Shown here in pieces: positions 1-12,095 of a stretch of 64,000 bases of DNA (positions within the stretch are counted from its first letter, which is position 1; each line of letters begins with the position of its first letter). Position numbers and translations under genes: made by a program. The DNA lies in contig OZ287070.1 of NCBI GenBank assembly GCA_965645245.1, positions 434,001 to 498,000 of the forward strand, in the 5' to 3' direction. This DNA comes from Massalongia carnosa. Taxonomy: Eukaryota. Below the pieces are notes generated by a model. It was given only the letters and a program-made list of their open reading frames with translations. It searched no databases and was not told where the DNA came from.

Positions 1-847
1 CTCTTTGCAAGAGCAAAATACTAACCGCCCTAGTTCCCCTATCACGCCTATTCCAAAGCCACTTACGCCTCGGCAGCGTAATCCGGGCCACTCCAAATCC
101 GTCTCCCTCCCTTCTAGCCCAATCGATGACAAATTTTGCTCCCAAGCCTCAACCTTGACCCTTTCCGGCGCCAATCTTCAACAACGTCTAGACTACCTCC
201 TCCCTCCCGCTCCAAGGGGCTTCTCCAACTCGCCCTCGCCGCCTGAGCGCGGGCCAGAATCTCCTATGACAGCCCGCCAAGCAACCTACGAGATCGAGCT
301 CATAGCCGCCAACATGCCTTCAGCACAACAGCTGGCTAACCTCCACAACCGTTACCGTCGCTCTCCGTCCCCGCACCAACCCCTAGGTGTCGTCAATTCT
401 GAAGGCTACCGGCCGCTCACCACTAGCCCTGCACCTCCTCGCGGTGCGCTCGGCGCTGCTGGAAGCACTTCTCCGGCCGCGGAGCGCAGACGATTATCGA
501 TCTCGCAGCGCAACCCTTTCGCGGCGTCGTCACCAGCGCTGCTGCGACCCGTGGCAAGGAGGCTAGACACCATCCAGAGCATTTCTTCCGTAGTGATGAC
601 GGAGGACGAAGCAGGGAGGGGACGGAGCATGGACATAGTTGAGGGGCGAGAAAATGAATTGGCAATGACTGCAGTGAGGCACAGACGGAGCAGGAGCTTG
701 GGGCCTGTCATCGAAGGGGGGCGAGGGGAGGAGAGGAGGACGTGGTGGGGAGGGAGAAGGGCGGGCAGGAGGGAACGGGGGGGCGTGGAATGGGAAGGGG
801 AGGGAGGGGAGGAGAGAGCGAGGGGAGGGAAGTGTGTTCTTATGTGA
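1..847 (+). CDS. 3' part of a low-complexity Ser/Pro/Arg-rich hypothetical protein (5' end outside the window)
   Basis: Open frame from the window edge to TGA at 845-847; no recognisable domain. Confidence 0.5.
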   Translation, partial: SLQEQNTNRPSSPITPIPKPLTPRQRNPGHSKSVSLPSSPIDDKFCSQASTLTLSGANLQQRLDYLLPPAPRGFSNSPSPPERGPESPMTARQATYEIELIAANMPSAQQLANLHNRYRRSPSPHQPLGVVNSEGYRPLTTSPAPPRGALGAAGSTSPAAERRRLSISQRNPFAASSPALLRPVARRLDTIQSISSVVMTEDEAGRGRSMDIVEGRENELAMTAVRHRRSRSLGPVIEGGRGEERRTWWGGRRAGRRERGGVEWEGEGGEERARGGKCVLM

Positions 848-1419
848 GATTTACCATGTATCCCTGTCGTCGGACTATATGAAAGGAACAGGAGTTTTGA
901 TAGGGTTCTTGGCACATACTTGTGGGGGCACTTAAGTATAGATTCATATATTTTCGTTCCCGCGCTTTTTCAACCCCCTTCCCCCTTCTCCTGTCACCGG
1001 TTCACCTGTCTCTTCTCGCCTTCTCTTAAGGCGATCGATGGGAAGGAAAATCCAAAATTTTTGATGGCTTAGGGGATGAAACTACAGATTCCTCCCCGCC
1101 GGATAGGGTAGGTGTTATTCTGTATGCAGCTGCATACCTGTACATGGAAAAGTTGGTTGTTTGGGATTTTCGAGAGGATCCTTGGGTATTTCTTTCCCGA
1201 CAAATGGAGAAATTGTTTTGACAGCAGGTACTGAACAACCAATCATACATATTTGAAATCAAGGAATCGCTTGCTTTGACTGTTTCCTCTTTTTAGTTCG
1301 TTCGTTCATTCGTTTCTTCTATTGGGAGACAAAACGAGGCGGGAATCTTATGATCTCTGTTCTTTTCTTTTCTTTTCTTGAAAGGGGTTTTGATTCTGTT
1401 TGAAAAAGGCGAGGAGGTG

Positions 1420-1507
1420 AGAAGAAGAAGAAGAAGAAGAAGAAGAAGAAGAAGAAGAAGAAGAAGAAGAAGAAGAAGAAGAAGAAGAAGAAGAAGAAGA
1501 AGAAGAA
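1420..1507. repeat. (GAA)n microsatellite, about 29 units
   Basis: Perfect trinucleotide run. Confidence 0.95.
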
Positions 1508-2413
1508 ATTGAGTAAATGAATGGTTAAAGGAGAGGGGACGGATAAGGGAAACTATAAAATGAAATTAAACATAAGATGAAAGGGTGGTTTCATTTGTCA
1601 TTCATGTGCATGAATTGGGTTCCCATTTATATATGCGCAAGATATGGTGGCAGTAGATACAGTATGTAGGTATAAGATCGATAGAATAGATACTTGGTGG
1701 GGAAAGGGGGGACGTACAACGTCGTTCTTTGCTTTCCGTTCCGTTGTTTATATTGCTTTGCTCCCCTCTCTCTTTTTTTCTCTACCTACTTCTACGTAGA
1801 AAGACTAATAGATTATGCTTCTTGACTCCATACATAGAACCAACTCACTCACTCACTCACTCACCTTTTTGGCTCGCATGGATTATTTGGATGCCATTCC
1901 CGCGCTGTTGTTGCCTTAAGAGACACATCACACAGCTTGGTGTTCGAATTGAACAAGAATAACTAACAGACACATGCTCACTGGGGTCCTGCGGAGAGTC
2001 TCGTTTCTTCTCGCGCTCTTCTCGCGCTCTTGAACCCCGGGGTTAAATACGCCCCTTTAAATCCATCACGAGATGCAAATGTGGTCATTACGATAAAAGT
2101 GATGATGACGGAGTAGAGAGCTGCATGCTGCAAATTACCAGTAGTAATAGGGTAGGGTAGGTATTGCTTTGATGGATCGGTCGTTTCCTGCAGCATCCAG
2201 ATCTGAGGTGATGGGGTCTCGTGTCATAGCCCTCAGTCACGTGGTATGTCACCAGTCTTGTACAGAGTACTGACTTGGTACGAGTACTCTGTATGCTATG
2301 TTATAATCGGTACGAGTATACTTTGTACGAGTCTATACGGAGCTCTCGATGCCTATACTAGATACAGAATAGTCGAAACATGTCAACCGCCTCGAAGTGT
2401 CAGGCTAGTGCTG

Positions 2414-2453
2414 TTTCGTTTCGCTTCGTTTCGCTTCGTTTCGCTTCGTTTCG
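2414..2453. repeat. (GTTTCGCTTC)n short tandem repeat, 3-4 units
   Basis: Seen directly, upstream of the secreted-protein gene. Confidence 0.8.
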
Positions 2454-2595
2454 GGACTTCATTGTCGTCCTCCATCGACCATGGCTGCAGAGGAGTGATT
2501 ATGAACCCGAAGTTTTGTCCACACTTCTTGACCCGTCCGGCCGGGCAAGTCTGGCAAGTCTGGGCATGCTGGAGAACATGCCGTGTTGAACTTTC

Positions 2596-2601
2596 TATAA
2601 A
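2596..2601 (+). promoter_or_regulatory. Putative TATA box
   Basis: TATAAA about 70 nt upstream of ATG 2671. Confidence 0.4.
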
Positions 2602-2670
2602 GATAGCCTGCCCGCCTTTTGTTTCAGAGCGAGCTACATTCTCAGAGCCTGCTCTAGCAAAGTCTGCAAC

Positions 2671-3294
2671 ATGCTCGGTTTCTCAATCTTCAGTGTCTTC
2701 GCGCTTCTATCCTCAGTCACATCAACGCCTATCGGCGAGGATTACCTGACAACGGGAGATAACTTTGTGGCGCCAGAACCCGATGGACCTACTGCTTGCG
2801 ACCCTACCCATGGAGACTGCTTGTCCACCGCGAAAGACCTTTTCGCCAGCCCTGCTGGTTTAAGCCCATCAGCTCCCGACCTCGATATCGTCAGCAGCTT
2901 CTTAAACTCGCCACACACGACGTCGTCCACCGGATATAACATCCCTGGAGCCGACTCATCGACGGCCCCCACAGACACCAATCAGATTGCGGCCCTGCCA
3001 GCCGAGTGTGAGAGAAGAAGACTCGCCGCAACAGCTGACTGCAACCCAGACCGGACTCATTGTTTCATTTGCGATAGAGAGGGCGACTGTGTTGACTTTC
3101 TGGTCATCTGTCGGGATCCTTCACATCCAAGTATCTGCAACATCTGCGCCATAGTACCGCTGGACGGATCCTCTGGCCCCCCCCTTTGCCGGTACAATGT
3201 CGATATCGATTTGCTACCGTCACCGTCGAGTCTCTGGTGCCAAACTTGGAGTACGAGACCCGAATGTCGTATGTTTGCTCAGTATTGCAAGTAG
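2671..3294 (+). CDS. Small secreted cysteine-rich protein (207 aa), effector-like
   Basis: Hydrophobic signal peptide MLGFSIFSVFALLSSVTS; 14 Cys, 12 of them in the C-terminal half; intronless. Confidence 0.75.
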   Translation: MLGFSIFSVFALLSSVTSTPIGEDYLTTGDNFVAPEPDGPTACDPTHGDCLSTAKDLFASPAGLSPSAPDLDIVSSFLNSPHTTSSTGYNIPGADSSTAPTDTNQIAALPAECERRRLAATADCNPDRTHCFICDREGDCVDFLVICRDPSHPSICNICAIVPLDGSSGPPLCRYNVDIDLLPSPSSLWCQTWSTRPECRMFAQYCK

Positions 3295-4121
3295 TAAAAA
3301 AATCCCACCGAAAGGAGTTAGTTGGCTTTCGTTATCCGCCAAGCGACTTTCTTCATACCAGGACTCCAACACGCCAATGGCCCTGTATTGTTCCTCCTTT
3401 TTGGTTCTGACGTGTGGATTTTGGGATGAAGGTAGAACGCTGCAAAAACACCCCCTTGCGTTCTCGAGATGGCCTTGGCCGGTCTCGGCATGCCGAAAGG
3501 AAAGAAGAGCTATGCAATAAATGTACCAATCAAAGCCATGTCGTTCTCTAAATATACCCAACATCCCCCGTTCTCGAGAAACATCCAGACAGAGGAGGGG
3601 ACCGACTGTACGTTTCTCTAGTTAATTAACCTCTCTCTCTCTCTCTTTCTCTTTCCCCTTTTACAAATCCAGCTTTCCATGAACATGAAATCGCCCATGT
3701 AAATCACCGAAAGATACGGCTATAAAAAGCTCGGTCTCCTCCACGTAGAGTAATTGTCTCTCCCTACTCAGTCAACCTTCAGTCCCCGACCTTTTGGTTA
3801 TGTGCCAAGTCTGCCAGAAACCGAACTACTGCAATGTTCCACTTGTGCCGCCGTCACCAACCTCTTCCTCAGCATCATCAATCCTCCTAGACAGATAGAC
3901 ACACCTTCATATCTTCACATCTTATCTCATCCTGATACTACCCAACCCCCTTAGTCATACCCCACCTTTCTCACTCGTGCTCATTCGTCTTGACCTCCCC
4001 TGGGAGAAGAGAAAATAAATATAAAAACAACCAGACACACATGTATGAATCAATGTTAGGGAAGGCTAAGGATATATTCGAAACTAAAAGAGCACCCTGT
4101 AAAAAAAACCCCCCCAACCCT

Positions 4122-6808
4122 TCACCCCCTCTTCGCCCTCCACCCCTCCTCGCGCCAAAAACAGCACACCCCCCTTCCCTCGCACCACTCCTTGACCAGC
4201 GCGCCGGAGACCTCATCGTCAACGCCCACGCGCGCCAAGCCGACGGTGTTCAGCCACCGCGTCAGGTCCTCCAGCACGATAGGCTCGTAGAGCAGGATAC
4301 GTTCGTGGAAGCTGGGGTCGGTGGCGGAGTGGGTGGGGGGAAAGGTGGTGACGGCGAGGGTGATGAGGGCGTGGAGTGAGGGGGCCGGGGCCGGGGCGGT
4401 TGTGGTTATGTTTATGGGGCGGGAGTTCGTGAGGCGTGGAATGGTGGGGGAAAGGGCGGGGGTGGGGATCTCGGGGGCGGCCGGAGATGTTTTCTTGGGT
4501 CGACCTCGAGGTTTCTTGAGCTGGAGCGATGGGTCGGTGGCAGGATTCTCGTCGCCTTTGGCCGCCGAGATGCTTGCTTTCCGCGATCGACTTGTTTTCT
4601 TCGACGGGCTGGCTTGTTTAGGCATGTCCGCGTTAATCATGCTTGGTTGAGATTCGGGAAGGTTCGTCGGTGGCGGAAGCACTTGTAAGGCGATTCGGCT
4701 CTGGCTTTCCCAGCATCGTTCCAGCAGCGCAATCATCTCCGTTCGTTTCTTGATGGCTTTGAAGCCGTAAGCCGCGACTGCTTTGGCAAGATCCACCGTC
4801 GTGAAACCTGTATAATTGGGCATCTGGTTCAGGGCATTTGGAGGGTTGGGGATTTCTGACTCCGTGGGGGCCTTGGGTTTTTTGACTGGAGATCGACTCT
4901 TTCTACGTCGTAGAAAGGCTTCGGCGATCGATCTAGGGATTGAGTGTTCTAGAGGCGTGTCAACCTGCTCGATGAGCGTGCCCTTTCCGCTCGTATTCGA
5001 TAGCTGGTTTAGCTCGGAGATTTCATCGATGAGCTTCCACTCGATTGAGGGGTCGAGACCTCCACTTGATTTGTCAGGTACTGGTATTGCTCGTTGACCT
5101 GGAGCAGGGGCAGTTTTAGACGGGTTCGGCGTGTCGACCAGATCAACAACTTCAACGTTAAGCAAAGCCCCATCCATATTCCTGGTTGCCACCGACCAGA
5201 GATTTTTAGAAGATGCAAAAGGCGTAATAGCAGAGGCTCCGACCCCGGAAAAGCGTGGCATAGAGCTCATCGATGTTTCCTTTGTCGGCTTTGGGGTTAA
5301 TTGATTATCCGTCAACTCCGATGCCTGAGGGGATTGCCGCTTGCTCCTTGTATCTATTGGGGACTCATCTCGCGCAAGTTGACTGGATGTACCGAATATC
5401 AGCTCTTGATCTTCGGTAGACTTCATCGCCGTCTCGGGTGATAAGAGCAAAGGAGGGTCGACCTTTTTCTTAGCTTTCGAGGTGGGAGGATTTATTTTGT
5501 TCTTCGCCCTTGGCCGCCGTTGCACGTTCTTGGGGTTTGGAACGGCAGGTTGATTTTTAGTTTGAGTTTCTTCATTGGCTTCGGTCACCGGATTCTCAAC
5601 ATACTGCGGCACACATCGTAAAGCCGGTTCTTCGAACACAAAAGGAGCAGTCGCTTTCTCTGTGATTGTCTGCGCTTTCTTCTTGGGTGCTTTTGGCTTC
5701 TCAGACTGGAAACAAGGAACTGGAGGATAGCCGTTTATGTCAACCAACTAAAAAGAATCAGAAACGACATTTCATTATATGTTATTTGACATACTTCAAG
5801 TCTACGCCTTTTCGTTAGAGCTTCGCCAGCCATGTCCCTAAATTTGTCTATATCATATAATGGGCTTTCATTTCGCGTATACCCATAATCCCCAAAGAGG
5901 TTTTCAAATCCAGACAGAGATGACTGCCTCGTCTTACGTTCATTGGAGGAGTTTAGAGCACGCGGTGTTGTTCCATCCTCCAAATTAGAAAGGTGTCCTT
6001 TCGTATCTCTCGTAGGTGTCCAAGATTTCCGCCTCTTGATTGCTTCGACTAAACACAGATCCAGTGATTCCTCATCGAGAATTATAAGCTCGTCGCTCTC
6101 CTTAATTGAAGGCTTCACAGCCGATTCATAATCTATTCGAGGAAATTTTGCGGAGTTGGTTGGTTTAGATTTCTTAGAAATGCTGTCGCTAATAGCAGCA
6201 CCAGGTTTGGTAATCTTGCTCCTTTCGATTGTGGTTTGCCCTTCGTCCTTGCTTTTTTTTGTCCGCTTCTTCGCTGGAACTAGAACCTTTAACATCTCAC
6301 TATCCTGGGGTATATGAGGTTTTCCATCAAAGGCGACCGTTTTTGGCGCTGGTTTAGCTGGTGTTTTCCTGGGAACTTTGGTTTGCTTAATATTGACAGA
6401 GGAGTCAGATGAGAGTTTTCTTGAGTTGGCTGTCTTTTGCTTCCGATTCTCTGGGTTCACCCTGTTTTTCAGCTCCCTTGACTGGACCGTGTTCTTCTCC
6501 TGGTTCTCTGGAAACCCCCTCTCCCCACGTTGCTTTGTTGCCTCAGTCAAGAAGCCTTGAGTCTGCTCAATAGCATGCGCTTCACGGAGCAAATCCGATG
6601 CACTGGTAAACCTTGTAGTAGTGCGTTCAAGTACCGGACTTGCGTATATATTGGGCACAGTACTCGACGCCTTTCTTGCAAATAGTTTAGAAGGTGAGGG
6701 AAGCGTTGGTGACGACGACATCGCGTTAACTGACATAGGAGGTGGTGTTGTCGGAATGATTAAATGGTATGGAAAGGATGAGACGAGTGTAGGATTAGAA
6801 GTTGCCAT
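4122..6808 (-). CDS. SLX4: Structure-specific endonuclease subunit Slx4; exons 6808-5795 and 5747-4122
   Basis: C-terminal Slx4 domain SFHERILLYEPIVLEDLTRWLN...VKEWCEGRGVCCFW; SAP-like MPNYTGFTTVDLAKAVAAYGFK; 47-nt GTATG..TAG intron (5794-5748) joins the two ORFs in frame. Confidence 0.9.
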
Positions 6809-7386
6809 GACAGCGTAGCGCAGAACGCGCGTATGGAGAAACCAATTCAGCTTCGCTACTCTGTACTCTTACATCCTTTCAATATATACATGATTGGGTG
6901 CGTGTGAATGGGTGCATAATACTCTGTAGACATGTTAGAATAATCCCAAGTCGCGTAACCACTTGCCTCAGTACCTCAGACGTGCTGTGGCTCAGCCTTC
7001 GCCTTTATTAACCTTTTCCGGTAAACTCGGCGCTAACTTATTTAGCCTATAAGTCTAACTTTTTATAGTTAGACTTTGCTTACTAAGTTCGCTGTGCTGA
7101 AAATGTTAAAATACTAAGCCGCCTTACCCGATTAAGCGTAAAATATCAACTCGATTGTGTTATACCATACCATCGTTTTCTATGTGTGTGTTTTCCAACT
7201 CCACGACAGTCTATGCGCGCTGTAGAACGCCATCAAGGAACAATGAGCGCGCTTTTTAACCTCGATGCAAGTTAGACAAAAGGCCCGGATCTCAGTCTAC
7301 AATGGACATCTAGTCGAGTCACGAAAATAGTAAGAGAATGACAGCTGCAAGCGGTCATTGATTCATAATTAACTTGTCATCTCTAT

Positions 7387-9562
7387 CCCTCTCGCTGTTA
7401 TCCAAGCATCCCCCCCCCAAGCTAACCATTATTGGTTAAGAAGCGCTAAATCTTAATTATCTGACCAATCAATGTGAACCTGATTACCCCTATTTACAAA
7501 AAGTTCAAATTTATAACTATATCATTTACTCGTCCCAATTCATATGAATAGCTTCCCAACAATTGGCTTTTCTACAGCAAGGCCTGATTGGATGACATCC
7601 TCCACAAGCCCATATAGTCTGAGCACCTCTTCGCCTTTTTATTCGCCCATTAACATCTCTTTCAGCCAGTGGTTATCCCTTTCGCTTTGAAGGTCGTGTT
7701 TTGTTGACTTTACAATGCATACATCTTTGTTTTCTTTCAAGACGAACGTAATGATGAACCGGAGGTGCTACTAAAGCATCAATCGCGGTGTTAATGCTTA
7801 CCTTTGGTGGAACGGGCCTGATGCCCGCTTGATTTGACACCAATTCGAGGGCAATCTGACGAAGAAACTTGGAACGAGTAAGCTTTTTTTCCTCGAGGTG
7901 GAAAGAGTTCATCGAGTAAAGTTTAAACACGTTCAGTCCGACTGCATCCAATGTAAAAATGAATAAAGGCCACCAGTAACGATCCGTACGACGATCGTAT
8001 GAATAAACCGCTCGTTGCTGAGCGTTTCCATCCGACCCTCCCATATAGAGGTTATATTCTCTGATTGGGGCTGGTATTGGTAATCCAAGGGGCCATTGGG
8101 CCGCTTGATTGGGCGAAGGAGAGAAGTGAGCCAGAGTTGATGGGAAATATGGTACAATTGGTTGAAGTGAGGTCTCAGGAATTCCATGCCTTTTGTATGG
8201 ATTTATATAGTGTATTTCGTTCAGGTCCTGGGGAGTGTGGCCGGTGGTCATGTACTGCACACCATTATTATCCACCCAGCCCATACAAAGCACCTCATCA
8301 TCGACCACCATATGTGCTTGCAGGCCCCAGTCTTTTCCTTTTGAGGTGACGTCCCGTATGGCCAACAATTCTTCTTGAAAGCCTGAGCCCTTTTTAGCAG
8401 TCCCGCTGGCAGCTATTCCGATTGATCGAAGTGCCTTGAATAACTTCGTGCTAGTAAAGAAATTATCACAGAAAAGATGATAATCTAGAAAGGATGGAAG
8501 TTCTTTACATAACTGAATCACCACCAAAGCACTGACAGTTAGTCCGTCCTTCATCAAAAATCCCAATTGTTTAGCTGTTTTCAATTGACTTATTTTGCTA
8601 GTCTTGGAGGCAAACAAAAACGACAACAAATAATTATCCTGACAGAGGCTGTAGATTTTAAATCCATTGTGAGCACTTTTAGTAGCGATTTGCATGGTGT
8701 GTCGAGATCGGCCTTTAAATAGCACCAGTTGTTCATCTATAGAAATATTGCTTCCTGGTATGCAATGTTTCAACGAGGCCTTTCGAAAATCAGTGGCCAA
8801 CGGTTCTGGTTTCTTCCACCAATCAGGTCCTTTGCCCAGTCCCGGAGGCTCTGTTCGTCCATTATTGATTTTCAAAAATCGCTTGATTTGTTGAAATCGA
8901 TAAAGCGACATAGCGGACTGAATAGGCATGATGACTGGCTTGTCCGGGCGTTGATTCCAATAATCTTCTGTAGCAGGTAGACGAGTAAGACCCATAAGAA
9001 GTATTATGCCCAAAAATACCTCTATTTCCGAGCCAGTAGTATCAGTCCAATTTCGATGATTATTCTCCTTCTCCTTCTCCATGTAGTCGTGTGCTTTGAT
9101 ATTGGTATGATTTGCGATGATGCGACAATGCTGCCTTGTTATAAACAACTGAAATAATTCCAGAGGACTTCGAGCAATGTCTTCAATTAATGGAACAAAA
9201 GGCCTGTTGATAACACGAATAGGGGTATATTTAGAGGAAGTAGAAGGAATATCGATCAAGATGTTTTGGACACCTCTTTTGCGATTTATTTTATGCTGCT
9301 TCGCTGAGATTGGCGATTTGTCTGAAACACTCGGGATTTCTTCTTCGTTGAGCCCCATAATCACAGTAAAAATCCCGTATATAGAAAGACAGCAATTGAC
9401 GAGGTCTAAATTGATTGAATGAGGTTCAATGAAGTTCATTTGAAAGGTAAACAGTCAAGAAAAAATTGATGTTCGCATGACTAATTCAAATTTGCTAAAT
9501 GCGGAAGCTAGCTAATAATGGTTAGCTTAGAGGGGGGGGGTGCTTGGGTAACAGCGAGAGGG
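7387..9562 (-). mobile_element. piggyBac-superfamily transposon with ~50-bp imperfect TIRs
   Basis: Left CCCTCTCGCTGTTATCCAAGCATC(n)AAGCTAACCATTATT mirrors right AATAATGGTTAGCTTAGAG(n)TGCTTGGGTAACAGCGAGAGGG; CCCT...AGGG ends; encloses a PGBD transposase. Confidence 0.92.
7526..9439 (-). pseudogene. piggyBac transposase (DDE_Tnp_1_7) with one premature TAA at 7675-7673
   Basis: Catalytic motifs SIDEQ, FCDNFFTS, YNLYMGGSD; the frame continues past the stop for 48 codons, ending WACGGCHPIRPCCRKANCWEAIH...* at 7526. Confidence 0.85.
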
Positions 9563-9566
9563 ATAG

Positions 9567-10544
9567 CTAGACTATGTACGGCAAAGCTAGGATCGAGCGG
9601 CAATCATCCTTCATGAACAGGGTTGGACCTGGGTCGCGGAGGTCCTTCGAGCGGAGCTCAATGCACTGGTTGCAACGGCCGCATTTGGGGTTTTCCACCC
9701 ACCGTCGGAGACTGACGAGCTGGGCACCTTAAATAGCTTCAAGGGTGCCGCATCGGTCATCATGAGTGAGGCGCCACGATGGCTAGATCCTATTCAGCGC
9801 GTCTGTTGTGATGCCCACCGAGACGAGTCCACTCATCCTCAGCGCGCTATTCCGGTCGGGCGGCAGTTAACTATATTGTCCCTCTTTGTCACATGTTGCG
9901 CCCGAATACGTCAACAAATTTTCAGAGCGTCATGGGCCTTTATATCTATCAGGGTGGCGCCAGGCGCAGAGTTCTGGATACTTTATGTCAACTTGGCTTG
10001 ACAATGTCGTATTCCACTCTTCAACGGCGCATGTCAAGCTTAAGTGACGAAGCGAGGCGAAAAATAAGGACGATAGGGCGGGCTTCAACTACTGTTGTAG
10101 CCTATGATAATTTTGTTTTTGCAGAAGGCCGAAGAGGCGAGAGAAGCGGTGACGTAAGAGAGTTTCGATCAATTACGACAGCTTTGATATTTGAAGGACA
10201 GGCCCTTTGGGTAACGGTCTTGAGACAGAATATGTGACAACCTGAGAATTATCCTTTGTCCGCCATAGGACTCGCACTAATATTGAAACCAGATGACATA
10301 GACGCACAGGTAAGCATCGACCACTTTTTCAAGCGGCTTACTTGAAACTGATGAAATGTGGACGAAGATTCAAATTCATCATGTCGAGTCGGCAATCCAA
10401 GCCCTTTACAATGCTAAATTCAGCGACTTCAACTTTCCTCGGGTTACATCCATGCCTGTGTTGAAAAGACTGAATCGCCTTCGAACGAAGTATCATCCGT
10501 TGAAGCCGGTTATGAAAGACGAAAGAACAACTGTTGAAGATTAA
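9567..10544 (+). pseudogene. Academ-type (DUF6589-like) transposase fragment, frameshifted and 3'-truncated
   Basis: Motifs NFQSVMGLYIYQGGARRRVLDTLCQLGLTMSYSTL, VVAYDNF, RSITTA, YHPLKPVMKDERT; stop at 10235; intron ~10309-10367; the frame extends back towards the piggyBac junction. Confidence 0.65.
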
Positions 10545-11298
10545 GCATTCCAGCTTGTGATTTCAACAAAGAACTGACTTGAATGTAAATCTCTGGTCGA
10601 TCAAGAGGTGTTTTGATAAGTCGAGTTTCATCATGAAACCCACATTGACTTCTGACGCAGTTCAAGGTTTCTTCATCCAACGTTGCAGAAACTCCCAAAA
10701 AGGGTATTCCATCTGGCAATCGGGTTCGAAGCACCCCAAGATTGAAGTATTCTGGTCGAAAATCACGCCATTCCGATACCAGATGCAGCCCGTCGATAGC
10801 CAACAGACAAAGATTTGAGAAATAAGATGAATGACTGAGAACCATTTCATTAAACAATTTCGACGTTGCTATTTCTGGACTCGTGAATACTGTAAGTAAC
10901 AATTAGAGCGCTGACTTGTATACAAACAGATTTATTCGACTTACCATGAGTGTAACGACTATGACGAATAGCAGTCAAGGTAGACGAGTTGTTATTATCT
11001 CCGTTCAACACTATGGGTCGACAGTTGTCGACAAGAGTAAGTTTTTCACATTGCTCTTCTTCCAGTGCAATCAAAGGCATGATTATCAACACTGATTTGC
11101 AAGGCGAAACATCAAAGGAGCAGCTTGAAATAGTATGCTTTTTCCGAAGCCTGTTTTTGCTATCAAAATCAAATCCATCTTATCGCACAACAGATGATGA
11201 AGTGCATCCACCTGCGCCCTCTTTAGACGAAACCCGAAATAACGATCAACAACGCTCTCGATCTTCTCAAGAGTCAACGCCTGTATCGCGTCGTTCAT
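10510..11298 (-). pseudogene. RecQ-like SF2 helicase, N-terminal (DEAD) domain only, frameshifted
   Basis: Motif I AKTGFGKS, Ia IIMPLIALEEEQ, TSPE, motif II mutated to IDGLH, WRDFRPEY, motif III SAT, LDRPEI; frameshift ~11095; intron 10944-10890; no helicase C domain. Confidence 0.85.
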
Positions 11299-12095
11299 AT
11301 TGATGTAATAGCGCTACAATCTTGATCGAGTTTTCTAACTGTCAAAAAGCACGCTAGCAAGGACGACGACTAGATTTTCGAGTTCGGAGCCCTGAAGGAC
11401 TACAATAACTTGATCCGTCAAGGCAATATGATGGATATAAGCGCCGACCGTTGATTTGAAGAGCAAGACTCAGTTTGATATTGTCGTGCTGTTGTCGGGA
11501 TTTGAGAAACAATTTGAGTCGATGTTGCTCGACGAGGAAGATATTCGCGCAACGCATGCAGGGCGTTTAAATTTTAGGACATTCAATAAAGCATATCTGA
11601 AAGTAGCGGCGACAATGGAGTATTATATAACAATTATCATGTGTTGTCGTTGATCCTGTCCTGAACGTGAAAAACGATGATTTTTTCACGAAATAAATTT
11701 TACATGTGTTGTCACCAAAATAACGCGAACCTGGCAAAATTAGAACTCAGACCTGCCGCCCGAAGCATGCGTAGTAAGCTAAACAGAGTCTTAACCCAAA
11801 ACAATTAAACTATTCCCTAAAAAAGCTTAGCTTTAGACTAATATTTATACTAATTTGAATAGGTTTAGCTGTGGCGAGGGCAAGGCAAACAAAATAGAGC
11901 TTCCAGCTGGGCACGGGCCACTAATAGTTAGCTTATGTGTACTTACTTACATAGGACTAAGGAAGGCCTTTTAATAGTACCACAAACAGCTGCACTAGTA
12001 GCCTTATAACATGGAGCTGAACATTGATTCTCCGGAGAACTAGATACAGTCATCAATTTTATAGCATTTCATTCTATTTTCATCCTTCAAGTAGT

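Larger units (their letters stand above)
6990..11923. mobile_element. Internally deleted AcademH-like DNA transposon (transposase plus RecQ-like helicase), interrupted by piggyBac; boundaries approximate
   Basis: Convergent DUF6589-type transposase relic and RecQ-like helicase relic in AT-rich flanks; possible right terminus GGGCCACTA at 11915-11923; no convincing TIR pair or TSD found. Confidence 0.55.

Noticed and set aside
4122..11298. DNA-repair cluster of SLX4 plus RecQ, or a telomere-linked helicase
   Set aside because: The helicase is a broken fragment paired with a transposase; no telomeric repeats; core genes lie on both sides
6985..11923. TIRs and TSD for the Academ-like element
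   Set aside because: Only scattered short inverted matches (GCTTACTA, GTAAAAT, CATCGTTTT) and no target duplication, so the ends are left unassigned
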